The notes: generated by a model from the sequence alone, not told the origin. Numbered from the stretch's first letter, positions 17,764-28,006 are shown. The stretch: DNA of 52,443 bases from a virus (IMGVR_UViG_3300039037_000119:1-52443), one strand, 5' to 3'. A program made the numbers and translations.

Positions 17764-18587
17764 GCAAAGACTACTTCTCTTATAACTCAGGTACTGGAAT
17801 CATCCCAAAAGATGATTTTCGTATCAGTCCTTCCCAACTAAGTAAATTCTTTGACTCCACCTCTCAGTGGTACAGAGAACATTTACTAGGTGAAGAAGGT
17901 TTTACAGGAAATACAGCAACATATCTAGGGACGTGTGTCCACGCAGCAGCAGAGATGTACACAGACTCTGGAAAAGTAGACCATTCAGCTATACTATCCT
18001 ACATCGACTCTATAAAAGACCCTGAAGTAGATAAGCAAGAGATACGTTCTCAATACCCTGTAATGGTAAATACTCTTATAGCTAAATACTTATCTCTATA
18101 TAACCATCCAGTAGAGACAGAAATATTTGTACATGAAGAACTACTACCTAAAGTCCATGCTGCTGGTTCCATTGACCGATATGATGAAACACGTAGAAGG
18201 ATCATAGACTACAAATCCATCGGATCACTAGATAAAGCCCGTGTACCTACAAAATTTCCACGAAACTACTGGTTCCAGCAAATGACTTATGCCTGGATCC
18301 TAAAAAAACAAGGTAAGCCAGTAGACTTCGTAGATCTAGTGTACATCAGCCGCTCAAATACAGGTCGTATAAGCGAAAAAACAGGTAAACCTATGAAAGA
18401 CTACCCTTCTGAAGTAAACATCCTTACACATCAAATTACACAAGATGATATGGACGCTATCGAGGGTATCCTTCAACTAGTATCTGAATCTGTAGACACT
18501 TGGAATAGCCACCCAGAGCTACGTCATATCCTAGCTCAAGACCAACGCTTAAAGGCTAAAAAACCTCCTAGACTATTCAAGAATTAG
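17760..18587 (+). CDS. PD-(D/E)XK exonuclease (RecB/Cas4-like)
   Basis: ISPSQL, LGTCVH, E..GSIDRYD..IIDYKS, QQMTYAW. Confidence 0.88.
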   Translation: MSKDYFSYNSGTGIIPKDDFRISPSQLSKFFDSTSQWYREHLLGEEGFTGNTATYLGTCVHAAAEMYTDSGKVDHSAILSYIDSIKDPEVDKQEIRSQYPVMVNTLIAKYLSLYNHPVETEIFVHEELLPKVHAAGSIDRYDETRRRIIDYKSIGSLDKARVPTKFPRNYWFQQMTYAWILKKQGKPVDFVDLVYISRSNTGRISEKTGKPMKDYPSEVNILTHQITQDDMDAIEGILQLVSESVDTWNSHPELRHILAQDQRLKAKKPPRLFKN

Positions 18588-18588
18588 T

Positions 18589-18888
18589 ATGAAATACCTA
18601 GATAGACACGTATACCAAACCCAATGGGACGAACAGGGCTATACCTACTTTAACTACGTATCCTACAGAGGATCTGAGTTTTACCACATAGCTATCGCCA
18701 CTGACGACCCTCATTTTGGTAGGCCAGATACGCCAGAAGAGGTGGACAGCTTCACAGAAGACGACGCTGGTACGTATACCGAAAAGATGTCTCCTTGTAA
18801 TTATGAACCTCACTTCGTAAAAGACTTGGGCCATGTAGGCGATGTCTACCCTTACCTGCGTACTACTCACCCTGAATATTTCATTTAA
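18589..18888 (+). CDS. PE-tag small protein (HPEYFI*)
   Basis: C-terminal motif. Confidence 0.8.
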   Translation: MKYLDRHVYQTQWDEQGYTYFNYVSYRGSEFYHIAIATDDPHFGRPDTPEEVDSFTEDDAGTYTEKMSPCNYEPHFVKDLGHVGDVYPYLRTTHPEYFI

Positions 18889-18899
18889 AGGAGTTACTT

Positions 18900-19286
18900 A
18901 TGGGCTATTGCTCTACTGTTCACCTTACCTTTCCGACAGAAAAGCTTCCAGAAGTCTATAGCTTACTTCAAGAAAATAACCTAATCTATTGGATTTCTTC
19001 TGACGTACTTACCCTAAACTCCGTCACTACCTTCGTTATCGAAGACATAAAGTGGTACTCATCTTACGATGAAATAGCCGCAGTAGAAAACTATGCAGCA
19101 GACAATAGTACTTGGTTCTCCCTCTTACGTGTAGGAGAGGATGCAGCGGATATAGAACACCTAGGTTTAGATCCTTGTGAATATGATATCTATGCTTACA
19201 CAGAAATAAATAACCCTGGATCTCCAGAGTCTCTATCCACTGTAAAGGCACAACTCCAAACCACCAACCCCGAACTTTTCTTATAG
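18900..19286 (+). CDS. PE-tag small protein (NPELFL*), distant paralog of 19296..19643
   Basis: MGYC start and IKWYS shared with the neighbour; AAGGAG RBS. Confidence 0.85.
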   Translation: MGYCSTVHLTFPTEKLPEVYSLLQENNLIYWISSDVLTLNSVTTFVIEDIKWYSSYDEIAAVENYAADNSTWFSLLRVGEDAADIEHLGLDPCEYDIYAYTEINNPGSPESLSTVKAQLQTTNPELFL

Positions 19287-19295
19287 GAGCTACAA

Positions 19296-19643
19296 ATGGG
19301 ATACTGTACAGACTTTACCCTAGAAGTGGTAAATGGCCCTTCAATAATAGAATCACCCTCATCAGAGTTCAGAGACAGATTCTATAATCTAACAGGTTAT
19401 AATGTACACAATCTAGACTATATAAAGTGGTACTCTGCAGAGAGTGATATGAAAAAACTATCTCTTCACTACCCTGACGTAGTATTCTGCTTAGAAGGTC
19501 AAGGAGAGAACCATGACGACTTTTGGGTTATATATATATGCAACGGTCACATACAAAATGCAAATAGAAGAATAGTAGAGGATCCAATAGACTTCTCTCA
19601 ACTAGATAATTACGATAAAAAGTATCCAGAGTATTTATTATGA
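19296..19643 (+). CDS. PE-tag small protein (YPEYLL*)
   Basis: MGYC..IKWYS..YPDVVF..GQGE..D; C-terminal motif; AGGAG RBS. Confidence 0.85.
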   Translation: MGYCTDFTLEVVNGPSIIESPSSEFRDRFYNLTGYNVHNLDYIKWYSAESDMKKLSLHYPDVVFCLEGQGENHDDFWVIYICNGHIQNANRRIVEDPIDFSQLDNYDKKYPEYLL

Positions 19644-20026
19644 ACCTGTCTAGCATGACCCATAAGTTACACTTACAAGGTATTCAAACCGATATGTCAG
19701 GTACTCTTATTAAAGTAGGGGATACCGTACTCTGTAAAGGTTACTATTCTTTAGATAAAGATACATTAGGTACTGTTCTAAAAATAAATAAAAAGTCCAT
19801 TATAGTAAGTATAAAAACTAAAGTATTGAAATACGGAGAGTACCACCCAAAACCTCTTGGGTATGTAGGTTATTGGGATTGTTACCCTGATAAACATCCA
19901 GTAGAGCGTATACAAAAATTAAAACGTTGCGGTATGGACGTTCTTATAGTACCTCCAAATTTAAAACAAACCTTAGAGACGGCAGAGGAAAGGATAGCAG
20001 TAAGTTATCCAGAAATCTTTATTTAA
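19640..20026 (+). CDS. PE-tag protein with KOW/SH3-like N-terminus (YPEIFI*)
   Basis: DMSGTLIKVGDTV..GTVLKINKKSIIV; C-terminal motif. Confidence 0.8.
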   Translation: MNLSSMTHKLHLQGIQTDMSGTLIKVGDTVLCKGYYSLDKDTLGTVLKINKKSIIVSIKTKVLKYGEYHPKPLGYVGYWDCYPDKHPVERIQKLKRCGMDVLIVPPNLKQTLETAEERIAVSYPEIFI

Positions 20027-20051
20027 ACAATCAACAAAAAAAGGAACCACT

Positions 20052-20714
20052 ATGTCAGTAAAACTACTAGTATCTGGCTTATCAGGGGCAGGTAAAACCT
20101 CCCTTACAAAATGCTTAAAAGATACAATGGTAATCTACCATGACGGGAAAAAGTACCCTTACTCAATCCCTCACGTTACTGTAAATGACTTCGAAGATGT
20201 AAATCAATTTACAGACCTAGTCTCAGAAAAAATCGAAGCTTACAAAGAGAAAATGGGTTCTTACCCTAGATCAATCGTATTCGACTCTGTATCTAAGATA
20301 TTCGATACTATCTCAGATAACTGTAACCGTAAATATAATAACTATGATATCTACACAAACCTAAACCGTGAAATCAACCTATTTACGTCTTTTATCGAAG
20401 ATTCTTTAGTCGCATCCGGCATGAACGTAATCTTAATCAGCCACGCATTATATGACTCAGATAACGCTCGTTACTCTCTTGTAGCTGGTGGTGCTTTCGC
20501 CAAACGTGGTGGATTTTACGCTGAAGTAGATGAAGCTATCTTTGTAGAGGCTAAATCAAACAAACGTCTTATCCACTTCCGTTCAACGAAATTCCCCGCT
20601 CGTACCTTATACGATGAGAATGAAGACCTAACGGACGTAAAAGACTTTAATCTCCAAGAGTATGTAGAAACTCTGGAAGATATCCAACAAAACGTAGATA
20701 ACTACGAATTGTAA
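20052..20714 (+). CDS. AAA_24 / Sak4-like P-loop ATPase
   Basis: GLSGAGKT, IVFDSVS, ILISH; lies between the exonuclease and SSB. Confidence 0.85.
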   Translation: MSVKLLVSGLSGAGKTSLTKCLKDTMVIYHDGKKYPYSIPHVTVNDFEDVNQFTDLVSEKIEAYKEKMGSYPRSIVFDSVSKIFDTISDNCNRKYNNYDIYTNLNREINLFTSFIEDSLVASGMNVILISHALYDSDNARYSLVAGGAFAKRGGFYAEVDEAIFVEAKSNKRLIHFRSTKFPARTLYDENEDLTDVKDFNLQEYVETLEDIQQNVDNYEL

Positions 20715-20744
20715 CACCTATAAAAACCAAAAAAGGAAAATACC

Positions 20745-21407
20745 ATGTTTAAAGTATCAACAAGTAAAGAAGCCACTCAAGAATCATCTGGTGGTAAGTT
20801 CATTGGAAAAAGTGGTATCTATGATATTACTATCCTATTCGCATCAGTAGACACAACTAAAAACGGTGCTATTCAAGTAAACTTCAACATCGAATATAAC
20901 GGTAATACTCAAACTCTTTGGGGACCTATCGTACAAAATAAAGATGGTTCAGATAACACTATCGGTATGACTCTAATCAACAAGCTAGCTATTATTGCTG
21001 GTTTAGGTGATGGTGATGAGCCTACAATCGAAGAAGAAACACACCCAGTAGGTAAAGATAACACAGAACGTGATTTCGCAGTTATCACAGACTTCTCTGA
21101 CTTAGAATGTAAAATCCGAGTTCAAGAAGAATATTCTACCTACAACGGTAATATCAGCGACAAACTGAATATTAAAGCTTTCTACTCTGCAGATGGTGCT
21201 GTAGCTGACGAAATCGTCAACGAAACAGAAATCGGTGTGCAGTTAGAAAAAGACCAAGCTTATGCTTCAAACGTAACCTATCGTGATGGGCTTACTGCTG
21301 AAGACGTAGACGCTTGGATCGCAGGCGGACGCAAAAATGGTGGTGGAAACCAGCCTAAAGCTAAAGCCAAACCTAGTGCCAAAAAAGGCCCTTTATTTAA
21401 ACGATAA
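20745..21407 (+). CDS. Putative single-stranded DNA-binding protein
   Basis: FIGKSGIYDITI start, beta-rich acidic body, flexible tail ending PLFKR; follows the Sak4-like ATPase. Confidence 0.65.
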   Translation: MFKVSTSKEATQESSGGKFIGKSGIYDITILFASVDTTKNGAIQVNFNIEYNGNTQTLWGPIVQNKDGSDNTIGMTLINKLAIIAGLGDGDEPTIEEETHPVGKDNTERDFAVITDFSDLECKIRVQEEYSTYNGNISDKLNIKAFYSADGAVADEIVNETEIGVQLEKDQAYASNVTYRDGLTAEDVDAWIAGGRKNGGGNQPKAKAKPSAKKGPLFKR

Positions 21408-21415
21408 GGTGATTT

Positions 21416-22570
21416 ATGGCTAAGCATAAAATATCCGCTAAAGCTTTCGTAAAACTTTGCGAAACCTCTAACATGAATGTTGGAGAAATCCAAAAAAGGA
21501 TAAAACGAAAGTATCCCGGCTATTGTGCTAGACCTAGCCGTATCTTAAAACGAATAGAGAACTACCGTCGTAAAGGACTCCTACCCCTAGATTCAGGCAA
21601 CTACGTAAGTACTGGCGAAATCTTAACAGGTACGACTACCCTGTATGACGAAGATGGTTCAATAAAACACCAATATGTAAAAACATCAGTACCAAAAGAG
21701 AACCTCCTCTACGCAATGGAGGAAGCAATCGCATCTATGGTTACAGAATACGTCACCCCGGCAGATCCTGTAGGCGGTCCAACCACCCCCTTAAACGAGG
21801 AGTTGGCTACTGTCTATATCTCAAACGATCTACACCTAGGTTTACGCAATGCTGGAAACGAAGTAGAAAAAGATTGGAATCTTGACAGTGCTGTACAGAC
21901 TACGTACAAAGCATACGACTACCTAATGGATTGCTCACCAAAAGCATCCGTAGGTATAGTAGTAGACTTAGGTGACTTAACAGAGAACAATGACGGTTCT
22001 AACATGACACCTAAATCAAAGCATGTACTAGATGTAGATGGACGTTTCCACCAAGTTCTTAAAGCAGCTTACGAAACCTTAATATATGGTATCAAATCAG
22101 CTTTAGAACGGCATGAAACAGTTTATTTCTACTCCATACCTGGTAATCACGATCCATCAGTTAATCTCTCTATCAATGCTATCATAGAAGCCTATTTCAA
22201 AGATGAACCTCGTGTCATCGTTGATTCTGAACCTCGCTCAATCAAATATCATCAACACGGCAAAACCCTCCTTCAATTTGCTCACGGTGATATGATGAAA
22301 ATGCAGCATACAGGGGAAGTAATGGCACATGATTGTCTAGATATATTTAGCGAAACATTACATCGTTATTCTCATCTAGGTCACATTCATTCTATGAAAG
22401 CTATGGATACACGGCTATGTTCAGCTGAAAGCCATCGTAATCTACCACCACTAAATGCCTGGGCCTATAGCATGGGTTTTAGAGGACCGTTAGGTACGAT
22501 GAAGTCTATTACTTACTCCTCACAAGATGGCGAGCTTTCTCGTCAAACATTTAACGTAAACATGAAATAG
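21416..22570 (+). CDS. Calcineurin-like metallophosphoesterase with basic N-terminal domain
   Basis: NDLHLG, DLGD, PGNHD, AHGD, GHIH. Confidence 0.88.
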   Translation: MAKHKISAKAFVKLCETSNMNVGEIQKRIKRKYPGYCARPSRILKRIENYRRKGLLPLDSGNYVSTGEILTGTTTLYDEDGSIKHQYVKTSVPKENLLYAMEEAIASMVTEYVTPADPVGGPTTPLNEELATVYISNDLHLGLRNAGNEVEKDWNLDSAVQTTYKAYDYLMDCSPKASVGIVVDLGDLTENNDGSNMTPKSKHVLDVDGRFHQVLKAAYETLIYGIKSALERHETVYFYSIPGNHDPSVNLSINAIIEAYFKDEPRVIVDSEPRSIKYHQHGKTLLQFAHGDMMKMQHTGEVMAHDCLDIFSETLHRYSHLGHIHSMKAMDTRLCSAESHRNLPPLNAWAYSMGFRGPLGTMKSITYSSQDGELSRQTFNVNMK

Positions 22571-22580
22571 TAAGTATATA

Positions 22581-22602
22581 GAGCCCTCTTAGGAGGGTTT
22601 TA
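22581..22602 (+). terminator. Putative intrinsic terminator
   Basis: GAGCCCTC-TTAG-GAGGGTTT followed by a T-rich tail. Confidence 0.6.
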
Positions 22603-22624
22603 TTATACTTATTAAAGGCATCTT

Positions 22625-22909
22625 ATGAAAATTACCTTACCCCTATCTACTAATAATGATCCTCAGTATATGTACTATCTTCGAGATAACAACATGGGTT
22701 ACTACCTACGAAAAAATAATGATACATGGCACAACCGAATACCTCGTTACTCTATAGATAACTATATAGAAGAACTTCACGATCAGCTGCCTGAAAGATG
22801 GTGGGAACCTAAGTACTCACGGTGGATTGATGCTAATGTCGTAAAGGTTTTCGGTACCCATGAAGAAGTACTTAAATGGGAACAGGAACATCCAGGATAT
22901 TTTATTTAG
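22625..22909 (+). CDS. PE-tag variant small protein (HPGYFI*)
   Basis: C-terminal motif with E>G. Confidence 0.75.
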   Translation: MKITLPLSTNNDPQYMYYLRDNNMGYYLRKNNDTWHNRIPRYSIDNYIEELHDQLPERWWEPKYSRWIDANVVKVFGTHEEVLKWEQEHPGYFI

Positions 22910-22918
22910 GAACCTCTA

Positions 22919-23113
22919 ATGGAAATATGCAACGAATCTCACCCAGAAATCGTATACACAAGCTTTTGTTGTCCGTTATGTGAATCATTAGAAAAGTACG
23001 ACGAACTATCCTCAGAGCTTGAAGAAACTCAATACAACTATGAAACAACTTTAGACACTTACGCAGAGCTACGCCAAAAAGTAAATAAAGTTAATCCGGA
23101 ACTCCTATTATAA
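22919..23113 (+). CDS. PE-tag small protein with Cys-rich N-terminus and coiled coil (NPELLL*)
   Basis: C..H..CCPLC, then heptads; C-terminal motif. Confidence 0.8.
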   Translation: MEICNESHPEIVYTSFCCPLCESLEKYDELSSELEETQYNYETTLDTYAELRQKVNKVNPELLL

Positions 23114-24585
23114 TGAACCTTACCTCACACCAACAAGACGTAGTAAATTACGTAACAAGTAACGATGACCTAGTCCTAGTAGAAGCTGTAGCTGGAGCAG
23201 GTAAAACAACCCTACTTACAGCTATTGCAGACGCAGTACCTCATAAGAATAGTGCTTACCTAGCCTACAACAAATCTATAGCCGTAAACTCAAAAAAGAA
23301 GTTCCCTTCTACGACGCACTGCATGACGACCCATTCTATGGCTTACCAAGCTATCGTGATCCCAAACAAACTTAAAGTAGGTTTCTTTAACTACAAATCT
23401 ATCAAAGAGCGCATTCCTTACCTAGATAAATGTACAGTCATCGATCTAATGAAAGAGTTCTGTCTATCTAGGTACGTAACTTACGAAGAGTTCGTAGAAG
23501 CTCAAGAAGAGGACATTAGTAAGTACACAAAACATGTAGTCAAATACCTAGATCTGATGGACAATGGTAAAATCGAAGTATCTCATGAATTCTACTTAAA
23601 AAGATTCCATCTAGCCCTAGCTCATGATGAAATAGAGTACGAACCATTTGACTTTTTAATGTTAGACGAAGCTGGAGATTTAAATGAAGTCACTTTAGAA
23701 ATCTTCCTATTACTACCATCAAAAAAGAAAATTGCTGTAGGAGATCCTCACCAAAACATCTACTCGTTTAATCATACAATTAACTGTTTTGACGTACTAG
23801 AAGGTAAAGGTAAAAAATTCAATCTACCACAATCTTTCCGTGTACCTAGTAATATCGCTCCTAAAATCGAATGCTTCTGTAATACCTACCTAGATCCACA
23901 TATGGATTTTGAAGGTACCTTCACCTCAGACAAAACAATCGAATCTGAAGGCTACATCACTCGTACTAACGGAGCTTTAATCGGTAAGATGGTAACATTA
24001 AATGCTCAGGGAACCTCTTACGGATTAACACGTAAAGCATCAGAAATCTTCAAATTACCTTTAATGTTAGCAAGTATGAAGTACCAAGGTTTTGTACCAG
24101 ATCCTTCATATCAACATATCCAAACAGACTTTAACACTTGGACAGAGAAACCTGATCTTAAAATGGCTCATAAAAGTCCATTTAGTTACATCGCATCATT
24201 ATACGATGATGACATCCAGTTAGTAAATGCGTGTAAGCTCTTAAACCGCTACGGTAAAGGTACTATCTACGATACTTACAAAGAAGCTAAAAACCATGAA
24301 GGTAAAAAGCATCCTCTAACCCTAGCCACAGCCCACTCCAGTAAAGGCCTTGAATTCGACAAAGTTACTATTGGTGACGATCTGAACATGTCTATAGCAG
24401 ATGTAGTAAACTACGTATCCTCTACTGACAACCCTATCATCACCTCAGAGCAACGTGAGTCTCTAAACCTATACTACGTAGCTTGTACAAGAGCCTTAAA
24501 ACATATTGAGAATGCTACTCACTTAAAACAAACAGCAAAATGTGCAATGAAACGTAAACTAATCTGTCCAGAAGAGTTCATATGA
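23113..24585 (+). CDS. Superfamily 1 (UvrD-like) DNA helicase, ending in the PE-tag (CPEEFI*)
   Basis: AVAGAGKTT, LAYNK, TTHS, LDEAGD, VGDPHQNIYSF, LPQSFR, TAHSSKGLEFD, YYVACTRA. Confidence 0.93.
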   Translation: MNLTSHQQDVVNYVTSNDDLVLVEAVAGAGKTTLLTAIADAVPHKNSAYLAYNKSIAVNSKKKFPSTTHCMTTHSMAYQAIVIPNKLKVGFFNYKSIKERIPYLDKCTVIDLMKEFCLSRYVTYEEFVEAQEEDISKYTKHVVKYLDLMDNGKIEVSHEFYLKRFHLALAHDEIEYEPFDFLMLDEAGDLNEVTLEIFLLLPSKKKIAVGDPHQNIYSFNHTINCFDVLEGKGKKFNLPQSFRVPSNIAPKIECFCNTYLDPHMDFEGTFTSDKTIESEGYITRTNGALIGKMVTLNAQGTSYGLTRKASEIFKLPLMLASMKYQGFVPDPSYQHIQTDFNTWTEKPDLKMAHKSPFSYIASLYDDDIQLVNACKLLNRYGKGTIYDTYKEAKNHEGKKHPLTLATAHSSKGLEFDKVTIGDDLNMSIADVVNYVSSTDNPIITSEQRESLNLYYVACTRALKHIENATHLKQTAKCAMKRKLICPEEFI

Positions 24586-24884
24586 TATATATAATAGAAC
24601 TAAAAGGTTTAGAAGATCCGCTCCCTAAATTTTTTGAAGCTGTAGATATTGCTAGCTACAAAGCTTTCGATACAAATATAAATAAAATATCGTACTGGGA
24701 AGATTCTGTAGAAGAAGCACTAAAATATTTAGAAGATACGACCTCTAGATTTTTTCAAGAAGATATAAAAGAGGTACTTGCTGACGTAGAGTATAAGCCT
24801 AAAAATTATAAAATTTATGATATAGACTCTAATTATTTCTCTATATCAGACATAAAGTATAAATATCCTGAGCTATTCTTATGA
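24582..24884 (+). CDS. PE-tag small protein (YPELFL*)
   Basis: C-terminal motif; ATGA overlaps at both ends. Confidence 0.8.
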   Translation: MIYIIELKGLEDPLPKFFEAVDIASYKAFDTNINKISYWEDSVEEALKYLEDTTSRFFQEDIKEVLADVEYKPKNYKIYDIDSNYFSISDIKYKYPELFL

Positions 24885-25534
24885 TACAATCAACTATTAA
24901 AGTTACACACAAATCTACATCTAATGCCTTTATAGCAAAGCAATGGCTAGATTCTTTACCAGACTTATTTGCCGCAGATTTCGAGACTGCTGTACGCTAT
25001 AGACCAGAAGAACAAACAGCTTATCTAGAGCAATCAAAAGACCTTACACTCCCTATTCAGCAAAGAGCAGAGCTAATCTCAAAAGGAGAGGCTACAGCAC
25101 TAGATCACCCAAGCCACTGTACGATTACCCATTTTTCGGCAGCTTGGTCAGATCACGAAGGATTTGTAATAGTAATGGATAATGATGCAGTAGCTCGTGT
25201 GGTACTACGTTTCTTAGTAACCACTAAAAAAACACAAATATGGCACAACCTAAGTTACGATGCTAAGCACATAATGTACCATACAGGACAATTTCCACTG
25301 GTTTACGAAGATACACAAATCCTATCTAAAACTCTACTAAACCATGTAGATGTGCATAAAGCCTCTACAGGTCTAAAAGAACTAGCAGGCCACAAATACG
25401 GAGAATGGGCTGTAAGCTCAGATTACTTCACATTAGATAATATCCACAACCCCAAACTAATTAAGTATGCTGCCATAGATGCTTGTGCTACTTACTGGTT
25501 ATGGAACGAAATACAATCTCAAATAGAGGGATAG
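24881..25534 (+). CDS. Stand-alone 3'-5' exonuclease (proofreading domain of a family A DNA polymerase)
   Basis: ExoI ADFET, ExoII HNLSYD, EDTQI..GLKELA, ExoIII YAAID. Confidence 0.88.
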   Translation: MIQSTIKVTHKSTSNAFIAKQWLDSLPDLFAADFETAVRYRPEEQTAYLEQSKDLTLPIQQRAELISKGEATALDHPSHCTITHFSAAWSDHEGFVIVMDNDAVARVVLRFLVTTKKTQIWHNLSYDAKHIMYHTGQFPLVYEDTQILSKTLLNHVDVHKASTGLKELAGHKYGEWAVSSDYFTLDNIHNPKLIKYAAIDACATYWLWNEIQSQIEG

Positions 25535-25536
25535 AA

Positions 25537-26007
25537 ATGACAATACAAGAAGCCTATGAAGCACAAACAAAACTCTATCTATTAGAGCCTAGTGATATAA
25601 CATCTACAGGAAAACTGACAGGTGTATCTCTAAGAGCTTACGAGATAGTACTAGATGAACAAAAGTCTAAATACAGCAGTTACATGGACTATACTCCTAA
25701 ACCTACAGGCAAACTGTTTACCTTCAAAAACGGTAAAATAGTAGAGACTAAAACTTGTGCAAAGCTGAACAATAAACATATTAACCATACTATAGTTACT
25801 ACTCTAGGAGAATACACACCTAGCTGGTCTGCTTCCTGTTTTACTGATCCTGTTACAGCCATTGCTGCAAAACAGATGCTTCAAAAGGACCTAATCAACG
25901 GGTACAGAAGAGCAGCAGAAAAAACATTAGCTAGATTAGACGCACTAGATAAAGCCATTCCTTCTATTAGCAATATTGTAGAAGAAAATCCAGAATTGTT
26001 CCTGTAA
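25537..26007 (+). CDS. PE-tag protein (NPELFL*)
   Basis: Start revised to ATG 25537; C-terminal motif. Confidence 0.8.
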   Translation: MTIQEAYEAQTKLYLLEPSDITSTGKLTGVSLRAYEIVLDEQKSKYSSYMDYTPKPTGKLFTFKNGKIVETKTCAKLNNKHINHTIVTTLGEYTPSWSASCFTDPVTAIAAKQMLQKDLINGYRRAAEKTLARLDALDKAIPSISNIVEENPELFL

Positions 26008-26189
26008 TGAACCAATATAACTTTGAAAGAACTATAGCAAGGCTAAAAGCAGACATACTATACCTAAAGAAAGTGTGTATTATGCAAAAAAGCTATAACT
26101 TAGACGTTATAAATACACAAGCTTTATTAGAAGATAAAAAACGTACCTTACAAACTCTCAAAGAAACCTATCCGGAATATTTAATATGA
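26007..26189 (+). CDS. PE-tag small coiled-coil protein (YPEYLI*)
   Basis: TAATG and ATGA overlaps; C-terminal motif. Confidence 0.75.
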   Translation: MNQYNFERTIARLKADILYLKKVCIMQKSYNLDVINTQALLEDKKRTLQTLKETYPEYLI

Positions 26190-28006
26190 CTTACTCCCCA
26201 CACGATCTATTACCGGCTCCAGAACCTAAGTATACAGATTACGGACCTACCTACTTCTATGACAATGTAGCCAAATACTTAATAAAAGATACTGTACGTA
26301 TCATGCATAACGGACTTCATGTTGACCTAGATAAAGTAGAGCAGTTACAGGTAACTTTAGACAACCAGCTAGAAAGTGTAAGCAACCGATTAGCGAGTAA
26401 TCCACATATTAAAGGGTACTTAGATATACGTCATTCAGTACTAATAGTAAAATACCAAGAAGAACGTAAAACAAGACTACGAGACGCATCTTACTATCTA
26501 AAACCATTTAAACCTGGTGATATGACACATCGTAGCTACTTTATGCATATCTACGCTACAAAGTATGGTAAAACAGAGCCTACGGGGCTATTACCGACAG
26601 GTATTCCAAAATGGCCTGCTAATCTAGTGAAGAAGTTATCTAAAACAAAGCCAATGCTCAAAAAACTATTAGCTAAAGAGATTACAGACTCTCACCCTAT
26701 AGCTAAAGAAGCAATGGAGTTACTAGCAACCCATAAAGCAGAGCTACACAACCGTAAATACCTAGATCAGATAGCTTCTCCAGATATCGAGTTACCTCCT
26801 TTTAACCCAAACTCGTCAGAACAGAAAAGAGAACTATTCGAGTCTTTAGGGGTCCAGTCAGACGTGGTATCTAAAACAACAGGACTACCTAGTTATGGGA
26901 GGGATGTCATTGAAGGTATCGGAAAAATGACAGCAGACCCTGACGTCAAAGCTTTAGTAGATGCTTTAATCGACCAATCCTATGCCGCTATAGTAAGAAA
27001 CAACTTCATCAACGCTTTCTATCGCTACACTGTAGATGATCGTCTTTACGGTCAATACAAACTCCTAGGGGCCAAATCAGCAAGATATACCAGTAGTAAT
27101 CCTAACATGCTCAACATGCCTTCTACAGGCTCCATCTTTGCTAAACCTATAAAAAAATGTTTCACAGCTCCTCCAGGGTCCCTCATATGTGCTATCGACT
27201 ACGCAGCTTTAGAAGACCGTGTAGTAGCCAACTTATCTAGGGACAGCAACAAACTAGGTTTATTCTTAGAAGGCCTAGACGGTCACTCCCTATCTGCTAC
27301 CTACTATTACCCTGCTAGGGTTAAGGACATTATAGGTCCTTTTACAGATAACAAAGAGGCCTCTAAACTTCTAAAGGCTATCGTAGACGACAAGGATCAC
27401 CCTAAACATAAAGATGCTGTATCTGTCCGTCAAGACAGTAAACCCATCTCTTTCGGCTTAGCTTATGGCGCTTTCCCTCCAAAGGTTGCTGCTACTGTAA
27501 AGATCCCCCTAGACGAAGCTGAGCTCATATTCAACGCATACCACAATGATCTATTCCCTGGTATCACAGAATTCCGAGAAAGCTACGTACTCCCTACAGC
27601 CATAGAGAACGGACGCATTCACCTAGGGTTAGGTTTCTACATCTACACGGATGACCCTGACAGAGACATCAGGACGATCAACAACGCTTGCTCTCAGTTC
27701 TGGTCCATCCTAACAGCCTTAACGATAAACCGTTTACATGCCTTAATTGATGAAGCAGGGCTACAAGATGATATCAAAGTAACCTCAACCATTTATGACT
27801 CCATATATTTTGAAGTAACCGATGACCCAGAAATTATCAAATGGCTTAATGACCACATCATTCCAGTCATGACAACTGACTTTATGGAAAACCAACTTGT
27901 TCATAATGATGCAGACCTAGAAATAGGTAAGGACTGGGCTAACTTAGAGGTCCTGCCTCACAACGCTTCCATCGAAGAAATACAAACCATAAGGAACTCC
28001 CTATGA
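26186..28006 (+). CDS. Family A DNA polymerase, polymerase domain
   Basis: FNPNSSEQ, ARYTSSNPNMLNMP, motif A IDYAALEDR, motif B RQDSKPISFGLAYG (Phe at the E. coli 762-equivalent position), motif C TIYDSIYF. Confidence 0.95.
   Translation: MTYSPHDLLPAPEPKYTDYGPTYFYDNVAKYLIKDTVRIMHNGLHVDLDKVEQLQVTLDNQLESVSNRLASNPHIKGYLDIRHSVLIVKYQEERKTRLRDASYYLKPFKPGDMTHRSYFMHIYATKYGKTEPTGLLPTGIPKWPANLVKKLSKTKPMLKKLLAKEITDSHPIAKEAMELLATHKAELHNRKYLDQIASPDIELPPFNPNSSEQKRELFESLGVQSDVVSKTTGLPSYGRDVIEGIGKMTADPDVKALVDALIDQSYAAIVRNNFINAFYRYTVDDRLYGQYKLLGAKSARYTSSNPNMLNMPSTGSIFAKPIKKCFTAPPGSLICAIDYAALEDRVVANLSRDSNKLGLFLEGLDGHSLSATYYYPARVKDIIGPFTDNKEASKLLKAIVDDKDHPKHKDAVSVRQDSKPISFGLAYGAFPPKVAATVKIPLDEAELIFNAYHNDLFPGITEFRESYVLPTAIENGRIHLGLGFYIYTDDPDRDIRTINNACSQFWSILTALTINRLHALIDEAGLQDDIKVTSTIYDSIYFEVTDDPEIIKWLNDHIIPVMTTDFMENQLVHNDADLEIGKDWANLEVLPHNASIEEIQTIRNSL

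Noticed and set aside
18505-18535. Internal HPELRHIL in the PD-(D/E)XK nuclease
   Set aside because: It is not terminal, and helix-capping xPEL is common inside proteins.
17760-18587. Cas4 as evidence of a CRISPR-Cas system
   Set aside because: It lacks the four-Cys Fe-S cluster pattern and sits in an exonuclease/Sak4-like/SSB recombination context.
25535-26185. Group I intron or intein splitting the DNA polymerase
   Set aside because: The gap is filled by two ordinary tagged ORFs with no homing-endonuclease motifs and no room for an intron core; both halves have their own start and stop codons.
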